This document shows positions 19,124 through 28,906 of a DNA stretch of 64,000 bases, piece after piece (within the stretch, counting starts at the first letter, position 1; each line of letters opens with the position of its first letter). The notes under the pieces are model-generated. The model did no database searches and had not been told where the DNA came from. It was given only the letters and a program-made list of their open reading frames with translations. Source of the DNA: an uncultured cyanobacterium (lineage in GTDB: Bacteria > Cyanobacteriota > Cyanobacteriia > Cyanobacteriales > Nostocaceae); assembly GCA_963740315.1 (NCBI GenBank), contig CAVUDP010000004.1, positions 64,001-128,000 on the forward strand, written 5' to 3'. A program made the position numbers and the translations under genes.

Positions 19124-19254
19124 ATCATAAACAAATTCTGCACTAATCGCTTAATCTTATTCTATCGAACAAATTTAACTAATTATCAACCAAACTGATT
19201 GCGATGGTGACAAAATAATTATACTTATAAAAATAGGCAGGCAAGGGATGCCCC

Positions 19255-19293
19255 GCAGTCGCTACAACCGGGGGAACCCCGGCAAAGCGCTGC
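19255..19293. repeat. Small dispersed repeat (SDR-like)
   Basis: GC-rich island GCAGTCGCTACAACCGGGGGAACCCCGGCAAAGCGCTGC with nested stems in AT-rich DNA. Confidence 0.6.
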
Positions 19294-19332
19294 TCTCCAT
19301 CCCATAAAAATATAACTTTTATTTACAGAAGT

Positions 19333-19992
19333 TTAATCTACATACTCCACTACATCTTCTGTCTCGAAGCGAACTTTCGGCATATTTGCATACTTATCAG
19401 TAGGAAGCCGATATCCAGCCGGACAAACTACTACTGTACGATATCCCTTATCTTTCAATCCCAAAACTTCATCATATTTATCGGGATCAAAACCTTCCAT
19501 CGGACAAGTATCAATTTCCAACATTGCCGCAGAAAACATAAAAAATCCCAAAGCAATGTAAACTTGTTTAGCAGACCATGCATCTTTATCAAAAACATCG
19601 GAAGGTCGTTTGAGAAAACCTTTCACCATATCACCAAGCCCTTGGAGTTTCTCTACTGAGGTATTTCGGACTTCTGACATCCGTTGAAGATAAGCATCAA
19701 CATCTTTGTCATTTACATCTTTTTTAATAGTCAAAACTACTAAATGAGAAGCTTCCTCAACCTGTTTTTGTCCCCAGGAATGTTCTACAAGTTGATGACG
19801 AATTTCGGGATTGCGAATCACGAAGAATTTCCAAGGTTGTAATCCAAAGGAGGAAGGAGCGAGTACCAAACTTTGTTCCAATACTTTCCAAACATCTTCT
19901 GGAATCTTTTTACTGGAGTCAAATTCTTTAACAGCGTAACGCCATTCTAGTTGATTGAGAACTTCTTGAGGTGAAAATGTTGTTGAGTTCAT
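19333..19992 (-). CDS. Nitroreductase-family NAD(P)H oxidoreductase
   Basis: WRYAVKEFD, LAPSSFGLQPWKF, IDTCPMEGF, PKVRF motifs. Confidence 0.92.
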   Translation of the reverse strand: MNSTTFSPQEVLNQLEWRYAVKEFDSSKKIPEDVWKVLEQSLVLAPSSFGLQPWKFFVIRNPEIRHQLVEHSWGQKQVEEASHLVVLTIKKDVNDKDVDAYLQRMSEVRNTSVEKLQGLGDMVKGFLKRPSDVFDKDAWSAKQVYIALGFFMFSAAMLEIDTCPMEGFDPDKYDEVLGLKDKGYRTVVVCPAGYRLPTDKYANMPKVRFETEDVVEYVD

Positions 19993-20095
19993 ACGTAAGT
20001 TATAAAAAACAGCCAGTTCAAAGATATACGCGATCGCTATTATACGCTAGCAGTTAATTATGATTCTATGGATGACCATATTTTTGCGTAGGTAC

Positions 20096-20823
20096 TTATA
20101 TTTGTTTAAGTGCAATAAAAGCTGTATGATTTGGCGGTAAATTAAACTCACCATAACTTTTTAAAGTTTCAACTCGAAAACCAATTTGATAGAGTGCTTG
20201 TACAATGTCTGCTGCTTCGTATAACCGCTGATGATGTACTTCTTCGTCTCGTCTATAGTGTTCCCCACAGCTACGAAAAGTGATAATCCGACGAGTTAAT
20301 ATTTCCTGCTTTTCATCTTTCTCAACTAGTACTATCCAATCTTTTCATAAAGTAATCCTTTATTTGTAGTTCCTAGATTAACCTGTTGTGGTGTCGCAAT
20401 GTCGAAGACAAAAACACCACCAGGAGTTAACGCTTTGTATATACGATTGAATAATTCAACCAATCTTTGTTTATCGTTTTCATTTTCAAACAGGTAATTA
20501 AGACATTCACCTATGGATGTAACAGCATTACAAGGTGGAATTTCTGCATTGAATAGCGAATTTACACGAAACTCCGCTTCCGCTACTCTGTGACGAGCAA
20601 TATCAATAAATGCTGGGGAAATATCAATTCCAATTGCGTCATAACCAGATTTTACAAGTTCTTGCGCCCATAATCCGCTGCCGCAACCTAAATCTACTAC
20701 TAAACCTGTATTTATATTGTTTTTCTGCAAGATTTCTAAAATGCCGGGTGCTGATTTGAGACAGTAATCGCTAAAACCAACATCATGAATATATGCTAAG
20801 TCTTCTTTGTAATATTCTTTCAT
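20096..20823 (-). pseudogene. Class I SAM-dependent methyltransferase, frameshifted
   Basis: MKEYYKEDLAYIHDVGF...VVDLGCGSG...GIDIS...LTPGGVFVFD; after about 20345 the protein continues in another frame as DWIVLVEKDEKQEILTRRIITFRSCGEHYRRDEEVHHQRLY...HTAFIALKQI* (stop at 20096). Confidence 0.8.
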
Positions 20824-20883
20824 TTTAACTGCATTGCGGGCAATTTCGGTATTGAGAATAATTATTTCTGCTGATAAATCTTT
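20824..20883. repeat. 60-bp direct repeat, copy 1 (left flank of R-M module)
   Basis: TTTAACTGCATTGCGGGCAATTTCGGTATTGAGAATAATTATTTCTGCTGATAAATCTTT, identical to 23168-23227. Confidence 0.95.
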
Positions 20884-20908
20884 CATTAAGGTAAATAATC
20901 AAAAGAAA

Positions 20909-21781
20909 TTATAGCTTTCTCAAAAAATCTGCTAGTAAAGCTTTATTTTGGAATGCTGCACGAATAGTATCACCATTGTTGTAGTCAATAATAATTTCAA
21001 ATCTTTTAAATTCACCAACCGGATTATTAATATCTAACAAATTCAATTCCGTTAATGTATTATCAATATTGTCAAACTCATATTGTTTACCAAATAGTGG
21101 AATTAAGACAACTTTCGTAATCACTCTTTCAATAACTGCTCTAAGTGTCGCCATAAAGTTATCTATTTCCTTTTGAGCAATTAACATTAGTGCTTGTCGA
21201 AGTCTTTCTTTATCATTACTAGTTAGATTAGTCAGCTTTTGCGAAGCTGTAGAATAAATTTCATCGGCTGTGTCTTCGTCAAATGCAATATCAAAATCAA
21301 TACTATTAAATGCCTCTACTACATCTTGATATGGTATATAAATCAGCGTAAATCCATTATTTCTTAATTGCTCTAAAGCTGGTTTAGTAAAATCTCCAGC
21401 TAAAACTGCACCGTAGAATGGTGCTGATAAATTATGAAGTTCAATAATTGGTAAAATAGCACCTTGAATTTCCTGTACTTTATTTTTTGAATGCTTGGTA
21501 TATCTACGCCATGCAGACTCAATAAATGCAATTGGTGTACCAAGTTTGCTATCTGTACCATTCACTTCAATCACAAAATCTAGATCGTGTTTATTTCCGT
21601 ACTTATCTATCCAAGTTACCTTTTTACCGCTTCTTGCTGCACGAGAGCGTTGCCAATCAAGATAATAGTTTTGAGCTTGAGCAAATTCTAGTAGTCGAGG
21701 TTTAAGAATATCATCAAGAACAATCTCTTCTAAAAGATTTCCTAAATCTTGACCAAATTTATGTGATGGTGAACGTGCCAT
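20909..21781 (-). CDS. Putative type II restriction endonuclease
   Basis: Directly downstream of a DNA methyltransferase; HDLDFVIE...IAFIESAWRRYTKH resembles a PD-(D/E)xK-like core. Confidence 0.6.
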   Translation of the reverse strand: MARSPSHKFGQDLGNLLEEIVLDDILKPRLLEFAQAQNYYLDWQRSRAARSGKKVTWIDKYGNKHDLDFVIEVNGTDSKLGTPIAFIESAWRRYTKHSKNKVQEIQGAILPIIELHNLSAPFYGAVLAGDFTKPALEQLRNNGFTLIYIPYQDVVEAFNSIDFDIAFDEDTADEIYSTASQKLTNLTSNDKERLRQALMLIAQKEIDNFMATLRAVIERVITKVVLIPLFGKQYEFDNIDNTLTELNLLDINNPVGEFKRFEIIIDYNNGDTIRAAFQNKALLADFLRKL

Positions 21782-21797
21782 AGTTTTCTGATGAGTT

Positions 21798-23090
21798 TTA
21801 TTTTATCCAAAGTCTTCCTTCTTGTAATGGAATATTATGTTTTCTATTTTTCCATTTAATATTGCGTTTTCTAATCTGCTCAAAACTCCAGGAATTAAAT
21901 CCCGCTTCTAATGCTAACTCACCAAGCCACTTCTGAACGGGGACATATACTCCATAGGGGGCTGAATCTCCAACTACAAAACATATATTACAGTCAGTTG
22001 TTGTGACTCTATGTAATGCATGAAAAACCTGAGCCATATCAATAAAATAAGCTGCAATCATCGTATGATAAGCTTTATTTCCCCCTTTAGTTTTTCTAAC
22101 TTCTTCTAGTTGGCGACAAATAGGAATTAGTTCATCGCTAATCTTTTTAATACATGGTTCTTCGATTAAACTATTTAAGTCGAATTTTTCTTTAGAAGCG
22201 TGTTGAGAATTTGAACAAACTAGATATTTCCGCACAGCTTCATGTAAATCTCCCCAGGAATTTACTTCACCCCAAAAAGTCATTTCAAGCCGTGTCGCAT
22301 CAGCATAATCATAGTTATTTGCATAGGGTGGAGAAGTAATAACTAGATCGATCGATTTATCGGGAATATTTTTTAATAATCTGGCATCATCTTGAATAAG
22401 ATTAGCTTGAGAATCTTTTGTCAGGCTTTGCATATACTGCATATCTACTTCTATTAATGCAGCTTGATTATCTAAAGCCAGAAATGGCTCGCAGGTTTTA
22501 GCTTTGCGTTTGTTAGGAAGAACATATTGCCATTGTGCCGTACCTACATAGCTAGATAATCTTAAAATTCCGCAGATTGCTAAAAAGGTAAGAGATTGAA
22601 TATCTTCTGGTAAATTGGGCGCTATTTCAAAATAAGCTTGTCTAATTTTAAATAGACTAATTAACGTATCTTCGGTATAACATTTTGTTAATAATGCCGG
22701 AATATTTTCTGGAAATTTCAGTTGAAGATTCTCAGCCCGATTTTTAATTTCGTCGATCGCGGTTACAAATCGATCAAAATTAGCAATCCATGCCAACTTT
22801 CCTTTTGCAATTCGATAGACAAACGGATGCGCTTCAATCCCATATGAATTTACACCCAGTTTATCGGCAACAACACAAACAGTACCAGAACCAACAAATG
22901 GATCGAGAACGTTAAACGGTTGTAATTCTTTGATTACTTCTTGAGTCCAAGCCGCTGAAAATCCCGCAGAGTAGCGAAACCATCGATGTACTGGTAGCTT
23001 CATGTTATCAGTAAAGGTACCAGTTTTTTCCGCAATTGTTTTGGATTGAGGCGTTGAGTCAAAAAGTGAAAGTTGCAAGGGTTGATTCAT
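21798..23090 (-). CDS. Amino-type DNA methyltransferase, probably N4-cytosine, alpha motif order
   Basis: Motif I VLDPFVGSGT near the N-terminus; motif IV DLVITSPPY later; FVVGDS. Confidence 0.88.
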   Translation of the reverse strand: MNQPLQLSLFDSTPQSKTIAEKTGTFTDNMKLPVHRWFRYSAGFSAAWTQEVIKELQPFNVLDPFVGSGTVCVVADKLGVNSYGIEAHPFVYRIAKGKLAWIANFDRFVTAIDEIKNRAENLQLKFPENIPALLTKCYTEDTLISLFKIRQAYFEIAPNLPEDIQSLTFLAICGILRLSSYVGTAQWQYVLPNKRKAKTCEPFLALDNQAALIEVDMQYMQSLTKDSQANLIQDDARLLKNIPDKSIDLVITSPPYANNYDYADATRLEMTFWGEVNSWGDLHEAVRKYLVCSNSQHASKEKFDLNSLIEEPCIKKISDELIPICRQLEEVRKTKGGNKAYHTMIAAYFIDMAQVFHALHRVTTTDCNICFVVGDSAPYGVYVPVQKWLGELALEAGFNSWSFEQIRKRNIKWKNRKHNIPLQEGRLWIK

Positions 23091-23167
23091 TTTAGTATTT
23101 TACTTAATAATCCTTTCCATAGACTTACTGCCTTCTTACCAGAATTTTCAGACTTGAAATCGTACTG

Positions 23168-23227
23168 TTTAACTGCATTGCGGGCAATTTCGGTATTGAG
23201 AATAATTATTTCTGCTGATAAATCTTT
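23168..23227. repeat. 60-bp direct repeat, copy 2 (right flank of R-M module)
   Basis: Identical to 20824-20883, offset 2344 bp. Confidence 0.95.
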
Positions 23228-23530
23228 TTTCATCTGCTCTAAACAATTCATTCTCAATATCATAGATGAGCAGCATTTACCTCTCACAATAGTCTGATAT
23301 TTACATTTTTGCTGGTTTGATTTTAACCAATAGGTTCAATTTTCTATGCATTTTTCAGCATGGGTTAGTAAATCCATCAATCTATTAACGCAAACTTATT
23401 CTTTAAGCAAGCTTTAATAAGTTTTGCTAATGATACGCTTTATAAATTGACATTTTACGAATTAAACATTTCAGGTCAAGATAATAAGTAATAACACCAC
23501 CGCATTCTAAATCTTTATTGGATAAAACTA

Positions 23531-25261
23531 ATGGTTCAACTCACATCTACTCAAGTTATAAGCAATCCAGGACGTTTGACAGTTGAAACTGTTGAAATTG
23601 CTCCTGAAACTACTGCTATTCGCTGTCTCGATTGGGACAGAGAACGTTTTGATGTAGAATTTGGTTTGCAGAATGGCACAACTTATAATTCTTTTTTAAT
23701 TCAGGGTGAAAAAATAGCTTTAGTTGATACTTCTCACCGCAAGTTTGAGCAGCTATATCTGGAAATAATTACGGGATTAATTGATGTTGCGAAGATAGAT
23801 TATTTAATTATTAGTCACACCGAACCAGATCATAGTGGCTTGGTTAAAAATATCTTGCAATTAGCTCCTTCTATTACTGTTGTCGGTGCTAAGGTAGCGA
23901 TTCAGTTTTTAGAAAACATGGTTCACCAGCCTTTTGAGTCAATGGTGGTGAAAAGCGGACAAAAACTAGATTTGGGTAACGGACACGAATTAGAATTTGT
24001 TTCTGCACCTAACTTACATTGGCCCGATACAATCTTTACTTACGACCATAAAACCAGCACTCTTTATACCTGCGATGTATTTGGAATGCATTACTGTGAT
24101 GACCTCACTTTTGATGAAAATTTCTCTGGGTTAGAGTCCGATTTTAAATATTACTATGACTGTCTTATGGGACCGAATGCGCGTTCCGTTTTGTCGGCTT
24201 TAAAGCGAATTGATAAATTAGAAATTGGAACAGTGGCAACGGGACACGGACCTTTATTACAGCACCATATTTCGGAATGGATTGGACGCTATCAAAATTG
24301 GAGTTTAGAGCAAGCCAAAACCGAGAAATTAGTAGCGTTATTTTACGTTGAAGATTACGGTTGTAGTGAAGAATTGGTCAGAGCCGTAGCGCATGGCAGT
24401 GCCAGGTCAGATGTAGCGGTAGAATTAGTAGATCTCAACGATGCCGAGCTAACTGAAGTCCGAGAAATAGTTTCCCAAGCTGCTGGTTTAGTGATTGGAA
24501 TGCCTCCCCAATCTAATGCTGTAGCTCAAGCAGCTTTAAATACTATTTTGGCAGCAGTTAATAATAAGCAAGCAATTGGTTTATTAGAGTCGGGAGGGGG
24601 AGAAGATGAACCAGTTTACCCCTTACGCAATAAGTTTCAAGAATTGGGATTAACTGAAGCTTTTTCCCCAATCTTAGTTAAAGAAACACCAAGCAAAGCA
24701 ATAGAACAACTTTGCGATGAAGCGGGAACCGATTTAGGACAATGGTTGAATCGCGATCGCACAATCAAACAAATCAAAGCCATTGATAACGAGTTAGAAA
24801 AATCATTAGGACGGATTAGCACCGGACTTTATATTATCACCGCCAAGAAAGGAGAAGTTGAAAGTGCAATGCTAGCTTCTTGGGTAACACAAGCAAGCGT
24901 TAAACCCTTGGGAGTTGCGATCGCAGTAGCCAAAGACAGAGCGATCGAATCCTTGCTGCAAGTTGGCGATAGTTTTGTTTTAAACGTCTTGGAAGAAGGA
25001 AAATATCAAGGATTAATGAAACATTTCCTCAAGCGTTTTGCTCCCGGTGCAGATAGATTTGCCGGAGTAAAAACCTATCCTGCCGCCACCAACGAATCCC
25101 CGATTTTAGCCGAAGCTCTAGCTTACATGGAATGTGAAATCACCACCCGCATGGATTGTGGAGATCATTGGGTGATTTACAGCACCGTCAAAACTGGACG
25201 AGTTGCCCAGGTAAATGCATTAACCGCAGTGCATCACCGCAAAGTTGGCAATCATTATTAA
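23531..25261 (+). CDS. flv4: Class C flavodiiron protein Flv4
   Basis: Canonical di-iron ligands SHTEPDH, HWPD, CD, GHG; flavodoxin and flavin-reductase domains; first gene of a three-gene operon. Confidence 0.85.
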   Translation: MVQLTSTQVISNPGRLTVETVEIAPETTAIRCLDWDRERFDVEFGLQNGTTYNSFLIQGEKIALVDTSHRKFEQLYLEIITGLIDVAKIDYLIISHTEPDHSGLVKNILQLAPSITVVGAKVAIQFLENMVHQPFESMVVKSGQKLDLGNGHELEFVSAPNLHWPDTIFTYDHKTSTLYTCDVFGMHYCDDLTFDENFSGLESDFKYYYDCLMGPNARSVLSALKRIDKLEIGTVATGHGPLLQHHISEWIGRYQNWSLEQAKTEKLVALFYVEDYGCSEELVRAVAHGSARSDVAVELVDLNDAELTEVREIVSQAAGLVIGMPPQSNAVAQAALNTILAAVNNKQAIGLLESGGGEDEPVYPLRNKFQELGLTEAFSPILVKETPSKAIEQLCDEAGTDLGQWLNRDRTIKQIKAIDNELEKSLGRISTGLYIITAKKGEVESAMLASWVTQASVKPLGVAIAVAKDRAIESLLQVGDSFVLNVLEEGKYQGLMKHFLKRFAPGADRFAGVKTYPAATNESPILAEALAYMECEITTRMDCGDHWVIYSTVKTGRVAQVNALTAVHHRKVGNHY

Positions 25262-25390
25262 CAGTGAACAGTGAGCAGTGAGCAGTTAGGAGTTGGGAGT
25301 AGTGAGTAGCGAACTAACTTCTCCTTGTCTCCCCATCTCCCCCTCTTCCCCCTCTTCCCCCTCTCCCCCTCTTCCCCCTCTCCCCATTTC
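25262..25390. repeat. STRR tandem repeats
   Basis: CAGTGAA/CAGTGAG heptamers, then CCCCCTCTT-like 9-mers. Confidence 0.8.
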
Positions 25391-25392
25391 CT

Positions 25393-25908
25393 ATGCATAA
25401 ATCTGCTGAAACTAGATCGAGTTCCATATATAACATCAATCGGGAGCGCGTTGTCCGAAGTCTGGAATTTATCCAAGATTTAATCGTAATTTGCTTATGT
25501 ATCGGTTTATTTAGCTTCATGGTGCTTGAGGTGAGAGATATGTTTCTTTCCTTGCTTCCACCTTTAGAGTCTCAAGCTGTTACTGCCGATATTCTGTTTT
25601 TGCTGATTTTAGTTGAGTTATTCCGACTACTGATTATTTACTTGCAGGAACATCGAGTATCAATTGGGGTAGCTGTTGAAGTTTCTATAGTTTCCGCATT
25701 GCGAGAAATTATCGTTCAGGGTGTACTAGAACTAAATTGGACTCAAGTTGTAGCAACTTGTGCCTTTTTATTAGTTCTAGGAGTACTATTAGTTCTCCGA
25801 GTTTGGCTACCCCCCACATTTGATGGCATCGATCCCGAACAAGCAATAACTCAACGCTACAAGAATCGACAAGTTAAATCGGAATTAATAGAAACCAATG
25901 GGCGGTAA
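25393..25908 (+). CDS. PsiE-like membrane protein (Sll0218 homologue)
   Basis: Four hydrophobic segments with LILVELFRLL..YL...VEVSIVSALREII; sits between two flv genes. Confidence 0.85.
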   Translation: MHKSAETRSSSIYNINRERVVRSLEFIQDLIVICLCIGLFSFMVLEVRDMFLSLLPPLESQAVTADILFLLILVELFRLLIIYLQEHRVSIGVAVEVSIVSALREIIVQGVLELNWTQVVATCAFLLVLGVLLVLRVWLPPTFDGIDPEQAITQRYKNRQVKSELIETNGR

Positions 25909-25971
25909 CAGTGAACAGTGAACAGTGAGCAGTGAACAGTTAGGAGGCGCGGAGTTAGGAGGCGCGGAGTT

Positions 25972-26100
25972 AAGGGACTTCCAAATTCAAAAATATCTAA
26001 TAAAGATTAGGTAGTGCGAGCATCTTGCTCGCTTGAGATATCCAGCGAGCAAGATGCTCGCACTACTATAATTGGATCAATTATTTTTTGGAAGTCGCTA
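25972..26100. mobile_element. MITE-like element carrying an internal REPIN
   Basis: Ends AGGGACTTCCAAA / TTTGGAAGTCGCT; internal GTAGTGCGAGCATCTTGCTCGC...GCGAGCAAGATGCTCGCACTAC at 26011-26066. Confidence 0.7.
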
Positions 26101-26129
26101 AAAGTGAGCAGTTATAAATTAAAAATTTT

Positions 26130-26232
26130 CTCCTCATCTCCCCATCCCCTTGTCTCCCCCTCTACCCCCCTCTCCCCCCAATGCCCCATCCCCAATCCCC
26201 AATCCAAAATCCAAAATCCAAAATCCAAAATT
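26130..26232. repeat. STRR tandem repeats
   Basis: TCCCC-rich units followed by (AATCCAA)n. Confidence 0.8.
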
Positions 26233-26236
26233 AATT

Positions 26237-27967
26237 ATGACTACTACCCTAACCCCCAACCGTAAGAGAGATGTCCAGATTGCTGAAATTGGACAAGATA
26301 CAATGATTTTGCGATCGCGAACTTGGGAACGACTTAAGTTTGAGGTTGAGTATTCGCGTCAAAAGGGAACTACAGCAAATTCTTATTTGATTCAAGCTGA
26401 TAAAAAGGCTTTAATCAATCCTCCTGGTGAATCTTTTACGGAAATTTATCTCCAGGAATTAACACAACATCTAGATTTGACTACTCTAGATTATATTATT
26501 CTTAGTCATGTCAATCCCAACCGTAGAGCGACTTTAAAAGTATTACTCCCTCAAGCTCCGAACGCTACTTTAATTTGTACTCGCACTGCTGCTAATGCTC
26601 TTAAAACCGCTTGCCCTGAATGGGAATCGCGGATTCAAACTGTGCGGGATGATACTCTAGATTTAGGAAAGGGACATCAGCTAACATTTGCGAGCGTACC
26701 AACTCCCCGCTGGGCTGATGGACTTTGTACTTTTGATTCTGCGACGAAAATTCTCTATACAGATAAATTCTTTGGCGCTCATATTTGCGAAGATACTTTG
26801 TTTGATAAAGATTGGAAAGGTTTAGACGCGGAACGTCGTTACTATTTTGAGTGTCTCCACGCACCTCAAAGCAAACAAGTCGAAGCTGCTTTAGAAAAGA
26901 TGGCGGTTTTTCCAGCAAAATCTTACGCTCCCGCTCACGGACCAGTTGTTAACTATAGCCTCAGTAGATTTACTTACGATTACCAACAATGGTGTCAGGC
27001 TCAAAAATCCCAAGAGTTGAGTGTTGCTTTGCTTTATGCTTCCGCTTATGGAAATACAGCAGTTTTAGCAGGGGCGATCGCCAATGGTTTAGTTGAAAAT
27101 GGAGTCAATGTAGAATCGATTAACTGCGAACTTGCAGATACTGATGAAATTACCCGCATTGTAGAAACCTGCGATGGATTGATTATTGGCTCCCCCACAT
27201 TAGGTGGGCATGCACCGACTCAAATTCAAACTGCTTTAGGAATAATTCTTTCAACAGCAGCTAAAACCAAATTAGCAGGGGTGTTTGGTTCCTACGGTTG
27301 GAGTGGAGAAGCGGTTGATTTAATAGAAAACAAATTTAAAGATGCCAATTATCGTTTAGGATTTGAATCAATTCGAGTCCGTTTCACTCCTACACCCGAA
27401 ATTCTCAAACAGTGTATCCAATCTGGTGCATTATTTGCCGAAAACTTGAAAAAAGACAAGAAACTGCGGACTCCCCGTCAAGTTGTTACAGAAGCTCATA
27501 TAGATCGTACCGAACAAGCAGTAGGGCGGATTGTGGGTTCTTTGTGCGTAGTAACAACTCGTGACGGAGATACCAACAAAGGTGTTTTAACTTCTTGGGT
27601 ATCTCAAGCCAGCTTTAACCCTCCAGGAATAATGATTGCCATTGCTGACGAACAGAATGCAGATTTGATATGCAATCTAGGTGATAAATTTGTACTGAAT
27701 ATCCTCAAAGAAGGCAGAAATGTCCGCCGTTATTTCTCTCGTCATAGTACATTAGGGGACAATCCATTCGTCAATCTTTCTACCAAAACAGCTGCTAATG
27801 GTTGTCTCATTCTCACCGAAGCATTATCCTACTTAGAATGCACCGTACAAAATCGAACCAAATGCGGTGAAAGATGGTTAATTTATGCCGTAGTAGAAAA
27901 TGGTGAAGTCTTTGAAAATGAAGGTTTAACTGCTTTAGAACACCGTAAATCCGGTAGTCATACGTAA
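26237..27967 (+). CDS. flv2: Class C flavodiiron protein Flv2
   Basis: Non-canonical ligand set SHVNPNR, RWAD, DK typical of Flv1/Flv2; start placed at ATG 26237 (MTTTLTPNRKRDVQ). Confidence 0.85.
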   Translation: MTTTLTPNRKRDVQIAEIGQDTMILRSRTWERLKFEVEYSRQKGTTANSYLIQADKKALINPPGESFTEIYLQELTQHLDLTTLDYIILSHVNPNRRATLKVLLPQAPNATLICTRTAANALKTACPEWESRIQTVRDDTLDLGKGHQLTFASVPTPRWADGLCTFDSATKILYTDKFFGAHICEDTLFDKDWKGLDAERRYYFECLHAPQSKQVEAALEKMAVFPAKSYAPAHGPVVNYSLSRFTYDYQQWCQAQKSQELSVALLYASAYGNTAVLAGAIANGLVENGVNVESINCELADTDEITRIVETCDGLIIGSPTLGGHAPTQIQTALGIILSTAAKTKLAGVFGSYGWSGEAVDLIENKFKDANYRLGFESIRVRFTPTPEILKQCIQSGALFAENLKKDKKLRTPRQVVTEAHIDRTEQAVGRIVGSLCVVTTRDGDTNKGVLTSWVSQASFNPPGIMIAIADEQNADLICNLGDKFVLNILKEGRNVRRYFSRHSTLGDNPFVNLSTKTAANGCLILTEALSYLECTVQNRTKCGERWLIYAVVENGEVFENEGLTALEHRKSGSHT

Positions 27968-28018
27968 TTTTTCAAACTTAGCAAGTCGTCATTCACACAT
28001 CTAGTTCGCTCTGTGTAA

Positions 28019-28092
28019 GCAGAAATAAGCCCGGTTTCTTCTCCTCAAAAGATTAGTTTTTCGTTTATCAATTTGCAAGAAACCGGGTTTCT
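28019..28092. repeat. AGAAACCCGGTTTCT-family inverted repeat pair
   Basis: CCCGGTTTCTT...AAGAAACCGGGTTTCT; same family inside 53448-53550. Confidence 0.6.
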
Positions 28093-28124
28093 CGTCTTTG
28101 GTGCAAGATATGAATATTAATCTT

Positions 28125-28793
28125 TCACTTAATAATCCATTTTCGCCAATCAACATTATTCTCCTCGCATGGTTGATATAATTCCGGTTTACCAGATGCA
28201 AGCACTTGAGCGATCGCCTGCATGGATTTAGTTTTACTCGGCATAGAAAATTCAGAATTGGGGTTATAAACATCGGGATGATACCAATTATCAAGTTGAA
28301 TAATTTGAGTTAATTCAGCCGGTACTATTTCTCTAAATTCTGTTTCGGTTGCTAAAATTTTTATCCGATACCTGTCTACAAGATGAATTATCAAGTCAAA
28401 ATCAATATAATCTGATAAATGAGGATTTCTCTCAATTTCACTTGAATCGATCGTAAATTGTTCGCCGCGAATCATTACTGATATAGATTCGGGAATATCA
28501 TCATCATCTTCTTGCAATTCATTTAATGGATACTTAACCGGATAATAGATAACAAAAGGTTCGTTTATCAACAGGCGGCTTCCAAATGCAGAAATCATCA
28601 GCACTGGTTCAACGCCATTTAAACTATACCAACTAACCACTTCTTCGATCGTCAAAGCCCAATCTTCATCATTTCTAAATCCGGTGAGACGAGCCGTTAC
28701 CATATCATAATTTATATTATCAAAACCTGGAAAATCCCAGTTACCTGCTGCTTTGTCCAGACGGTTAAGAATATCTTCTGTAGTAATTGTCAT
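28125..28793 (-). CDS. Acidic hypothetical protein (DUF7003-like)
   Basis: EDILNRLD....DFPGFDN...ARLTGFRN..DWALTIE and LDNWYHPD motifs; family recalled from memory. Confidence 0.55.
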   Translation of the reverse strand: MTITTEDILNRLDKAAGNWDFPGFDNINYDMVTARLTGFRNDEDWALTIEEVVSWYSLNGVEPVLMISAFGSRLLINEPFVIYYPVKYPLNELQEDDDDIPESISVMIRGEQFTIDSSEIERNPHLSDYIDFDLIIHLVDRYRIKILATETEFREIVPAELTQIIQLDNWYHPDVYNPNSEFSMPSKTKSMQAIAQVLASGKPELYQPCEENNVDWRKWIIK

Positions 28794-28906
28794 CTGATAT
28801 AAATTAATTTTGACCAATATAGCATTTAGCGCTAATAACTACATTAATATTTGGTTAAGAGTGTTATTTCTGATGGTAATCATAATTTTCTATGAAGTTT
28901 ATAGCT

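Noticed and set aside
20824..20886. N-terminal extension MKDLSAEIIILNTEIARNAVK of the methyltransferase
   Set aside because: It coincides with the duplicated 60-bp segment; the family-like sequence starts at 20823.
20884..23230. Absence of HIP1 sites in the R-M module as evidence of foreign origin
   Set aside because: HIP1 spacing averages about 2 kb here and longer gaps occur elsewhere, so the gap is not informative.
23087..23287. 66-aa ORF upstream of the DNA methyltransferase (possible controller protein)
   Set aside because: No HTH pattern; it is a read-through of the 60-bp repeat and flanking DNA.
26150..26236. Proline-rich N-terminal extension of Flv2
   Set aside because: Translation of STRR repeats; family-like sequence starts at ATG 26237.
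25258..26265. Short ORFs 25258-25476, 25314-25520 and 26014-26265
   Set aside because: Low-complexity translations of STRR and REP repeats, or antisense to real genes.
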